DNA from: Candidatus Heimdallarchaeota archaeon
Lineage (GTDB): Archaea; Asgardarchaeota; Heimdallarchaeia; Hodarchaeales; Hodarchaeaceae
NCBI GenBank assembly: GCA_020348965.1
Contig: CP070760.1
Span: 2,130,363-2,137,504 of the forward strand
Reading direction: 5' to 3'
DNA length: 7,142 nt
Program-made: the position numbers and the translations under genes
Shown: positions 1-5,952 of the stretch, in pieces
Numbering within the stretch: the stretch's first letter is position 1
How the letters are laid out: each line of letters opens with the position of its first letter
The notes under the pieces: model-generated
The model's input: only the letters and a program-made list of their open reading frames with translations
Database searches by the model: none
Told to the model about the DNA's origin: nothing

Positions 1-1
1 T

Positions 2-337
2 CTAGCTCACACCTTTGCAACAGAATCACAAGTTGAACCTGCATTAGTAGCTGGGTTATTCTCTGCTATTACTTCTTTCGCAAAAGAAGCTGTTAGGAGT
101 GAACAATTGTTAAAGACCATAGATCACGGTGATGTGGTGTTAACAATAGAATATGCCAAATGGGTTTTTGCAGCGATTTTTGCAGACAGTACTTCAACTG
201 AACTCCGGAAACAGCTAAGTGAATTTCTGACAGACTTTGAAACGCGCCATGCTAAGACTCTTCCCACTTGGTTAGGGGATCTCGATGTGTTTCAAGGAGA
301 CTTGTCAATTATTGATGACATTTTCACTAGCAGATAA
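2..337 (+). CDS. 3' end of a gene that opens beyond the window start. It encodes a longin/roadblock-like alpha/beta domain (motif EPALVAGLFSAITSF). Function unknown.
   Basis: Frame 2 is open from nt 2 to the TAA at 335-337. The TTG at 107 used by the ORF track is probably internal. The translation LAHTFATESQVEPALVAGLFSAITSFAKEAV...FLTDFETRHAKTLPTWLGDLDVF aligns by eye with aa ~538-645 of the neighbouring 890-aa protein (IDPQLVSGFLSAISGLFSEL...VFETDFHKKLEDFVGVLDAF). Confidence 0.6.
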   Translation, partial: LAHTFATESQVEPALVAGLFSAITSFAKEAVRSEQLLKTIDHGDVVLTIEYAKWVFAAIFADSTSTELRKQLSEFLTDFETRHAKTLPTWLGDLDVFQGDLSIIDDIFTSR

Positions 338-412
338 GTAAACCAAATCATCAACGGTTGAAAATTATCTTACAATTAAGTCAGGTAGTCGTCGGTGATT
401 ATTGTAAGGGCC

Positions 413-3085
413 TCAATTCCCTTCTCCCATAATGAGAAGATAATCTCCAGTTTGTAATTGTGCAATTGAACACACTAAGGTGGTGAGGTCTGTTTTTAGG
501 GTTACTTTCACACCATTCAAAGGATTTGTGGTCTTATGATGTAGGGTAAAACCTTTTGAGGTCATTAATCTTGCCCACCGTGATAACTCCGATTCTGAAT
601 AAGTTATAGTTCTTATTGATTTTACTTTAATTCTAGAAGCCGATTCAAATAACAAGTTACGTTCCAGAATATCTGATTTAAGAGAATCAGGTAAAGGACT
701 TGTTTGTATATCAATTAGCAGCTCGTTAAACCAGTTAGTGTCGATATCTATGAGTTCTTCAGTTTCTTCATGAGAAAGAAAATCTAAGTCTTCAGTTGTT
801 GGATCGGCTGCAGCTGGTTCTATCCCTAATTCTTCAGGGATAGTTTCTTCAAATTCTTCGCTCCCAAGATCAATTATTGGTTTATGGGTGATGAAAGGAG
901 GTAATGTTCGATTTCCATCAGTGAGAACGAGAATCCCCTCCCGTAGATAGAAGATAATGGCCTCTGTTATTTCACGATAACTATATTCAGAGTCAAAAAG
1001 ACATTGATTGACAATCTCCTCTACAAAAAGGCCTTCAGTTATCGCGAGCTGATCAATTTGACCACTAATGACCTTATACAACGTTGGAAAAGGAATCTCT
1101 TGTTTATAAGCGCGATTAATCTGAATAGGTGTAATTAATGAAAGACCTAGATGATAATCAAGAAGTCCAATGGCAGGACGAAAGGCATCAAGAACACCAA
1201 CAAAATCTTCGAGTTTCTTGTGAAAATCTGTTTCAAAAACGTAGGAAAAGTTTCTTAATCTCTGTTTTAAGGTGTTTAAATATTTAGGAGTCCGATCGAG
1301 AATAATAGCTGTAACAGAGTGGTTCCCCTCCACCGTTACAATCTTAAAAGCACGATCTCCAATCTCTTCAGTGAAAATTCGTAAAATTGTACGTTTTTGA
1401 ACGAGGTCGTTTTTAAGTTCACTAAAAAGCCCTGAAATCGCGCTAAGAAATCCTGAAACAAGTTGAGGATCGATTTTTAGCATTGTGATTCCAAGTTCGA
1501 AAATGCAAATACCAGTTTTCTTATGAAGAATTAATATATGTTTACATGCTAGTAAATTAGTTAGATCTTGATGACTATATGGTGCAACTTCAATAGAAGG
1601 AGGTTCGATGTCCTTCTGTTCAATATCGGTTGAAATATCTGGTTCAATTTCCGAAGGAGTAGGAACTTCTTTTAATATAATTTTACCTAATTGAGGTTGA
1701 TATGTGGGGATGTTTTCAGGCATCTCATCTTCTTGAGGATCGATATGTTTAGACAAACGTGGACGGACACGAATCTTAATTGGTCGATGGCTTCCACCAT
1801 GTAATCCGACAATTAGAGCTTCTCCACGGACAAGATGAGGCAATATTGACACCGTTTCAGTACTTATTCCCTCCATCAGTCGAATTTTCGTAATATCCTT
1901 GTCAGATCTTATTCTGAGTGCGATCAATGTGTTCATATTTGCTACAATGTTATCAGGTAAATCACCAGGTCGTTGGGAGATAAGGATTTCATGAATACCA
2001 AATTTTCTTCCTTCCCGTGCAATACGAGGGAGGATCTCGTTTGTGTTGGCAAATCGATGTGCTTCCTCGATAACAAGTATGATTTCATGTTCTCGTGCAA
2101 GCTCTCCCTGAAGTTTTTTCTCAAAAACCTGAGTAAGGATTTCATTTACTAACAGATTTCGTTTCCTTTCATCAATAAATTGGTCTAATCGGATAATCGA
2201 AATTCGTCCAGGCTGTATTAAGGCATCTAAATCAAGTTCTTTTTCAAATAATCTCAAGTTTTCCAAGGAATAGATCTTTGAAATCAGATTTTCTCGTGTT
2301 GAACTATGGATGTCTGAATCTCGAATTAAAGACATCAAATCGTCCAGTAAGAGTGGCTCCTTTATGATATTCAATAAAGAATTTTCTTGCGCGGCGGTTA
2401 AACTGATTAATCTACGTAGTTTTGGCAGATTAAAACGGGTTCCTAGTCCTAATGACTCTTTTTCAAAAACTAAAACATTCTCCAGAAATCCACGAGGAGA
2501 ATAATCCTCAAAATTCAGGTATTCAATCTCTGGGCCATCATTCTGCTGTGTTAATCCCCAATACTCATTGTGAGTATCAAATAACATGACTGCAGCTGAT
2601 TTAAACTTCATTAGAATCTCTTCTAGCAACACAGCTACAGTATATGATTTTCCTGCTCCAGTGCTAGCAACACAGAGTACATGTCGTTCTAGAAAATCAG
2701 GTGAGATAAGAAAGGGGTCAGTTTGATTGTTGAAGGTTATTATGTCCCCTAGATAAATACCATTGTCACCACGATATGAAATAATCTTTGAAACTAGTCC
2801 TTCTGGAGGATGTCTGATTTGGGCTTCTGGAGATACGGGGAAGCGACAGGGGGAGAGTGCGAAATCTTTGAGATCAATTTCCCCAAGAATAATTGCTGTT
2901 CCTTTGATTTCCTCACCCTTCGTTTGAATCAAGTTAGAGACTTGAGCTAAGTATTGCTTTTGAGGGGTTTTTTTCAAATCATTAATTAAAATAAAATCTT
3001 GTTCATTAATAGACGTTTCAGCTGCAACAATACGAAATGAAATCTCTGATGTTGAGGATTTAATTACTTCCATTGTTTGAGACAA
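413..3085 (-). CDS. Multidomain HerA/DUF87-family (FtsK-HerA superfamily) P-loop ATPase. It is fused to a longin/roadblock-like domain, a possible winged-helix module and an uncharacterised C-terminal domain.
   Basis: Uninterrupted 890-codon ORF. Walker A is VASTGAGKSYT (aa 139-149, nt ~2645-2668). The HerA-typical MLFDTHNEY follows. Walker B is EIILVIEEAHRF (nt ~2057-2083), and the HerA-like REGRKFGIHEILISQRPGDLPDNIVANMNTLIALRI is present. The N-terminal ~130 aa resemble a HAS-barrel. The track start at 3085 is TTG; the in-frame ATG at 3073 (MEVIKSS...) is the more likely start. Confidence 0.85.
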   Translation of the reverse strand: MSQTMEVIKSSTSEISFRIVAAETSINEQDFILINDLKKTPQKQYLAQVSNLIQTKGEEIKGTAIILGEIDLKDFALSPCRFPVSPEAQIRHPPEGLVSKIISYRGDNGIYLGDIITFNNQTDPFLISPDFLERHVLCVASTGAGKSYTVAVLLEEILMKFKSAAVMLFDTHNEYWGLTQQNDGPEIEYLNFEDYSPRGFLENVLVFEKESLGLGTRFNLPKLRRLISLTAAQENSLLNIIKEPLLLDDLMSLIRDSDIHSSTRENLISKIYSLENLRLFEKELDLDALIQPGRISIIRLDQFIDERKRNLLVNEILTQVFEKKLQGELAREHEIILVIEEAHRFANTNEILPRIAREGRKFGIHEILISQRPGDLPDNIVANMNTLIALRIRSDKDITKIRLMEGISTETVSILPHLVRGEALIVGLHGGSHRPIKIRVRPRLSKHIDPQEDEMPENIPTYQPQLGKIILKEVPTPSEIEPDISTDIEQKDIEPPSIEVAPYSHQDLTNLLACKHILILHKKTGICIFELGITMLKIDPQLVSGFLSAISGLFSELKNDLVQKRTILRIFTEEIGDRAFKIVTVEGNHSVTAIILDRTPKYLNTLKQRLRNFSYVFETDFHKKLEDFVGVLDAFRPAIGLLDYHLGLSLITPIQINRAYKQEIPFPTLYKVISGQIDQLAITEGLFVEEIVNQCLFDSEYSYREITEAIIFYLREGILVLTDGNRTLPPFITHKPIIDLGSEEFEETIPEELGIEPAAADPTTEDLDFLSHEETEELIDIDTNWFNELLIDIQTSPLPDSLKSDILERNLLFESASRIKVKSIRTITYSESELSRWARLMTSKGFTLHHKTTNPLNGVKVTLKTDLTTLVCSIAQLQTGDYLLIMGEGN
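1136..1573 (-). other. Internal longin/roadblock-like domain (aa ~505-650) of the HerA-like protein, paralogous to the C-terminus of the 2..337 ORF.
   Basis: The DPQLVSGFLSAI motif was verified at nt 1436-1471 by reverse-complement translation. The hydrophobic pattern read by eye (ILILHKKTGICIFEL / DPQLVSGFLSAISGLFSEL / ILRIF..FKIVTVEG..VTAIILD / YLNTLKQRLRNFSYVFE) suggests a beta-beta-alpha-beta-beta-beta-alpha order. The exact family name was not determined. Confidence 0.5.
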
Positions 3086-3229
3086 CCATTTAAAGCTGAA
3101 ATGACTTACTTCTTATCTAATAGCTACTTTAATCTGATTAATTGTTTTAACCTTTTCCTTTAGAATCTGTATAACTATTTTTTTCTCAATAGTTGATTGA
3201 TTACCAAAGAATTTCTGTTATTCATTCCC

Positions 3230-3245
3230 GCAAAAAGTTAATAAT
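3230..3245 (+). promoter_or_regulatory. Candidate BRE/TATA promoter for trxB.
   Basis: Purine-rich GCAAAAAG (3230-3237) is followed by TTAATAAT (3238-3245). The box centre lies ~25 nt upstream of ATG 3266, which is consistent with a leaderless or near-leaderless mRNA. Confidence 0.4.
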
Positions 3246-3265
3246 TAGATCTTCTTACTCACAAC

Positions 3266-4279
3266 ATGAAATCACCTAATTCCTTTTTAGGTGGAGAGTA
3301 CCCTATAATGGGAAGTACGTCTGATAATAACAAATTTGATATGGTTATCATTGGTGCTGGACCAGCAGGTATGGCGGCTGCTATTTATGGGTCACGTATG
3401 GGTTGGAAAACAATAGTACTCGATAAAGAAGCAGTTGGAGGGTTAGCAGCTACCACTCCCATTATAGAAAACTATCCCGGTTTTTCAGAAATTACTGGTC
3501 TCGAGTTTGCAGAGAGATTAAGAAAACAGGCGGAAAAATTTGGAGCAGAGATCCGAGAATTGGTAGAAGTGACGGAAGTAAAAGCTGATCAGGTTCCACT
3601 CGAAGTAGTCACGACCACGGGTAATTTCATCGCAAAAGTTGTCATTATTGCGACTGGGACAGCTCATCGTCACTTAAATATTCCAGGAGAAGAAGAATTT
3701 GAAGGAAAGGGAGTTTCTTATTGTGCTACGTGTGATGGTCCATTATACAAGGCTAAAAAAGTTGCAGTTGTAGGAGGTGGAAACTCAGCTGTTACAGAGG
3801 CTCTGTATCTGAATAATGTGGTCCGAGAAGTTCACTTAATTCACCGTCGGGATCGATTACGAGCTGATGAATCACTTCAGAGAGAAATTCTCAACAATTC
3901 AAATGTTAATTTCGTCTGGGACTCAGTTATAGAAGAAATTCAGGGTAGCGAAACAGGGGGAGTCAAAAAAATCTCAATAAAGAATGTGAAAACTGAAGAA
4001 ATCAGTTCTCTTCGTGTAAAAGCGGTTTTTGTTGCCATTGGTATATCTCCTAACAATGAATTGGCCAAAAAACTTGGAGTTGAACTTACCGAAGAAGGGT
4101 TAATCAAGGTTGATAGTAAGCAACGTACCAGTATTCCCCGAATTTATGCCTGTGGTGACATTACTCCTGGTCAAGGACAGATCTCAGTCGCAGTAGGAGA
4201 AGGGACAACTGCTGCAATCTCGGCTTTCCTTGATATGAAAGGTGGGGATTGGTATGGGGAAGAAGTAAGTAATGGTTGA
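3266..4279 (+). CDS. trxB: Thioredoxin-disulfide reductase, low-molecular-weight NADPH-type TrxR.
   Basis: FAD motif DMVIIGAGPAGMAAAIYGSR. Redox-active CATC at nt 3722-3733 (SYCATCDG). NAD(P)H motif VAVVGGGNSAVTEALYL followed by HRRDRLRA. C-terminal GDITPG...AVGEGTTAA. The start is ambiguous. ATG 3266 lies ~25 nt after a TATA-like box, implying a leaderless transcript. ATG 3308 (MGSTSDNNKFDMVIIG) follows AGGTGGAG at 3289-3296 and gives a more typical N-terminal length. Confidence 0.93.
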   Translation: MKSPNSFLGGEYPIMGSTSDNNKFDMVIIGAGPAGMAAAIYGSRMGWKTIVLDKEAVGGLAATTPIIENYPGFSEITGLEFAERLRKQAEKFGAEIRELVEVTEVKADQVPLEVVTTTGNFIAKVVIIATGTAHRHLNIPGEEEFEGKGVSYCATCDGPLYKAKKVAVVGGGNSAVTEALYLNNVVREVHLIHRRDRLRADESLQREILNNSNVNFVWDSVIEEIQGSETGGVKKISIKNVKTEEISSLRVKAVFVAIGISPNNELAKKLGVELTEEGLIKVDSKQRTSIPRIYACGDITPGQGQISVAVGEGTTAAISAFLDMKGGDWYGEEVSNG

Positions 4280-4791
4280 TAGTAATATTGGACCACACAC
4301 TACCATCGCATTCCGTTGCCATAGATAGAGTATCAGCTCATTTCAGTGCTGCTCACGCTTTAAAAACAAGTCAATACGAAGAGGGTCTCCACGGTCACAA
4401 TTATCAAGTTGAAATGGAAATCGGGGGAAAGATGGATACTGAAGATCTTGTCGTTGACTTTGTATTCTTGGAGGATCTCCTGCAACAAATTCTTTCACAA
4501 TGGGATCATTATGTCCTCATGCCAATGAATAATACATATGTGACACTCTCCGAGAATGACGATAATCTCGAAATTCAGTATGGAAACCGTTTTTATTCCA
4601 TTCCAAAGAGGGAGATCAAGCTGCTAAACTGCGTAAATGTTACAACGGAAGCATTGTCTCGCTTATTGGGAGAGAAAATTCGAGCTCAGTTAAAAAAGGA
4701 GAATTTATGGGATAGGATCCAGAGTATTAGAATAACAATTTGGGAAACATCTTGTTACCGCGCTACTTATTCCATTGGCTCCACTTCTTAA
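4276..4791 (+). CDS. COG0720 / 6-pyruvoyl-tetrahydropterin synthase (PTPS/QueD) family protein lacking the catalytic Cys. Candidate PTPS-III/VI-type enzyme forming 6-hydroxymethyl-dihydropterin.
   Basis: Family signature FSAAHAL...EEGLHGHNYQVEMEIGG (Zn-binding His residues), DLVVDF, WDHYVL and TTEALSRLLGEKI. The position of the QueD Cys (Cx3HGH) holds Glu (E35-E36-G-L-HGH). There is no ATG. The ORF starts at TTG 4276 (or TTG 4288) and overlaps the trxB stop as TTGA. Confidence 0.82.
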   Translation: MIVILDHTLPSHSVAIDRVSAHFSAAHALKTSQYEEGLHGHNYQVEMEIGGKMDTEDLVVDFVFLEDLLQQILSQWDHYVLMPMNNTYVTLSENDDNLEIQYGNRFYSIPKREIKLLNCVNVTTEALSRLLGEKIRAQLKKENLWDRIQSIRITIWETSCYRATYSIGSTS

Positions 4792-5575
4792 TAAAACAAG
4801 TCAATTTAACTTTAGGAAATCCAGAAATTGACTGTCCCTGACAAGTTAGATTAAAACGAAGTCCTTTATGTTGGGAATGATAAGATGCTAACAATTTACG
4901 TGCGATCTTGAATTTTTCAAGCTTTTTCCTTTTTGATTTTTTTATGGGTGAATCTAAAGTACTATATCGACCAATGATATACCCAAAATCAAAACCAATT
5001 AGTCCAATCAATGGAGATTGAAAATGAAAGGCCAAAAAAATTGCACGATCCCCATCTGTAAACCCACCAAAATTTAGAAGTACTTGGCCTGGTTCACATT
5101 GTGTGGTTCCCCATACGTAGTTATTGGAAATTATTTCCGAATTTTGAGTAATAAACCGAGAAATCTGCTGTTTATTGTCACCGTGAGCATGAATTAATGT
5201 TAAGGCTCCATTATTGATGGCCCATCTAATCGATTTCCAATCACCATCCAGATCAGTGACAACTATTGATGGGACAATATTTTCATTTCGTAGAAATGTT
5301 GTAGCACCATCAACAGCGATTGAGCGAAGATTGGACATAATCTCAGTAGAAAAAAGTGTTGATACATCTTCCTCCAAAGAGGGGCCAGCTCCTGCAATAA
5401 TCACTGGTTCTTGAAGAATTGCTTTTAATTTTTGGAGTATTTTTTCTTTTTTAATTGGCATTAACTCGATTAAAAACTCCTTCAATAACTGTGCTGATCG
5501 TTTATCTGCTTCTGTGTTAAAACCTAATTGTTGCATGATTTGAAAATACTCATTCTTCCAGTCTTGCCAATTCAT
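4763..5575 (-). CDS. mptE: MptE-like (DUF115 family) 6-hydroxymethyl-7,8-dihydropterin diphosphokinase.
   Basis: 270-codon ORF with ATG at 5575-5573 and TAG at 4765-4763. Motifs recalled from the DUF115/MptE family: VIIAGAGPSL, AVDGAT...VPSIVVTDLDGD, LIHAHGDN, GGFTDGDRAIFLA and GLIGFDFG. The assignment is from memory of family motifs, not a search. Confidence 0.75.
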   Translation of the reverse strand: MNWQDWKNEYFQIMQQLGFNTEADKRSAQLLKEFLIELMPIKKEKILQKLKAILQEPVIIAGAGPSLEEDVSTLFSTEIMSNLRSIAVDGATTFLRNENIVPSIVVTDLDGDWKSIRWAINNGALTLIHAHGDNKQQISRFITQNSEIISNNYVWGTTQCEPGQVLLNFGGFTDGDRAIFLAFHFQSPLIGLIGFDFGYIIGRYSTLDSPIKKSKRKKLEKFKIARKLLASYHSQHKGLRFNLTCQGQSISGFPKVKLTCFIKKWSQWNK

Positions 5576-5607
5576 CGGAAAAATCTCGGGTTGACAGTAA
5601 TTAATCA

Positions 5608-5615
5608 GATATTAA
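5608..5615 (-). promoter_or_regulatory. Candidate TATA box for the mptE-like gene.
   Basis: The minus strand reads TTTAATAT ~36 nt upstream of ATG 5575. The background is AT-rich, so this is weak. Confidence 0.3.
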
Positions 5616-5701
5616 AGCGAGGAAAAGTTGTCTGGTAGTTATTTAAACACTTCAAAAAGAAAAATCCGAAGAATCATTAAACATTTTTATCCACCATAGA
5701 C

Positions 5702-5709
5702 TATTTAAA
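5702..5709 (+). promoter_or_regulatory. Candidate TATA box for the 5S transcription unit.
   Basis: TATTTAAA would place a TSS near 5730, upstream of the leader. Alternatives are TTATTTAAAC at 5638-5647 and ACTAATAA near 5746-5753. Unresolved. Confidence 0.25.
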
Positions 5710-5776
5710 GGCTCTTGAAAGCGCTCATCTTGGTTTTTAGTATTACTAATAACAACAAGACGCCACCAACATGTGA

Positions 5777-5795
5777 GATTCTGCCGGAAGTTAAG
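5777..5795 (+). other. Leader-side strand of a bulge-helix-bulge (BHB)-like processing motif at the 5' boundary of the permuted 5S.
   Basis: GAUUCUG (5777-5783) pairs with CAGGGUC (5911-5917): 7 bp, 2 G.U. CCGG (5784-5787) pairs with CCGG (5904-5907) as a 4-bp central helix. AAG (5788-5790) is unpaired. GUU (5790-5792) can pair with AAC (5901-5903), so the inner helix is weak and this site is relaxed. Confidence 0.55.
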
Positions 5796-5909
5796 TTAGG
5801 CTCCGTTTCGATCTGTACTGTCGTGCGCGAGCCAACGGGAACATCGAAAAGCTGAGTATTGCTCGGCCAAAGGGCCTGAGATACACCCGGTCTCATTCCG
5901 AACCCGGAA
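5790..5909 (+). rRNA. rrf: 5S rRNA gene with circularly permuted gene order. The 3' half (helix II 3' strand, helices V/IV, loop E) lies at 5790-5856, a capping pentaloop at 5857-5861, and the 5' half (helix I 5' strand, loop A, helix II, helix III/loop C) at 5862-5909.
   Basis: G+C-rich island in AT-rich DNA. 5883-5909 reads ACACCCGGUCUCAUUCCGAACCCGGAA, the universal helix III/loop C. 5790-5849 reads GUUAAGUUAGGCUCCGUUUCGAUCUGUACUGUCGUGCGCGAGCCAACGGGAACAUCGAAA, a close match to the remembered archaeal helix V/loop E/helix IV (GUACUG..GUGCGCGAGCC..GGGAA). All helices pair across the permuted order: helix I 5851-5856/5862-5867 (6 bp), helix II 5872-5879/5796-5803 (8 bp, 2 G.U), helix III 5887-5890/5904-5907, helix V 5806-5812/5843-5849 (7 bp). 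Confidence 0.85.
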
Positions 5910-5917
5910 ACAGGGTC
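5901..5917 (+). other. Trailer-side strand of the BHB-like motif at the 3' boundary of the permuted 5S.
   Basis: A 3-nt bulge AAA (5908-5910) lies exactly between the 4-bp CCGG/CCGG helix and the 7-bp outer helix. CCGGAA is directly repeated at 5784-5789 and 5904-5909, spaced 120 nt apart. Confidence 0.55.
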
Positions 5918-5936
5918 CCCTTGTTATTAGGCGTAA

Positions 5937-5952
5937 TTTTTCCTTTTTCTTT
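5937..5952 (+). terminator. Oligo-T archaeal-type termination signal downstream of the 5S locus.
   Basis: TTTTT (5937-5941), CC, TTTTT (5944-5948), C, TTT (5950-5952), on the + strand ~30 nt after the 5S 3' boundary. Confidence 0.5.

Noticed and set aside
369-408. Inverted repeat CTTACAAT (369-376) / ATTGTAAG (401-408) between the convergent genes, a possible bidirectional terminator hairpin.
   Set aside because: It is only 8 bp (AT-rich) with a 24-nt loop and no adjacent T-tract. It is too weak to call, and archaeal termination does not require hairpins.
1942-2504. Short ORFs 1942..2145 (-) and 2310..2504 (+) inside the HerA-like gene.
   Set aside because: These are out-of-frame or antisense shadow ORFs wholly nested in a long ORF with strong conserved motifs. 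Their composition is low-complexity (K/S/R/L-rich), typical of off-frame AT-rich coding DNA.
5214-5414. 66-aa + strand ORF inside the mptE-like gene.
   Set aside because: It lies antisense to a motif-bearing 270-aa ORF and has no independent support.
5747-5929. A 9-bp A-U-rich pairing between the leader UAAUAACAA (5747-5755) and the trailer UUGUUAUUA (5921-5929), which would extend the 5S processing stem.
   Set aside because: It leaves a very asymmetric internal loop (21 nt versus 3 nt) next to the BHB outer helix. It is almost pure A-U in AT-rich DNA, and it may lie upstream of the real transcription start. An alternative register (5754-5759/5920-5925) is equally possible.
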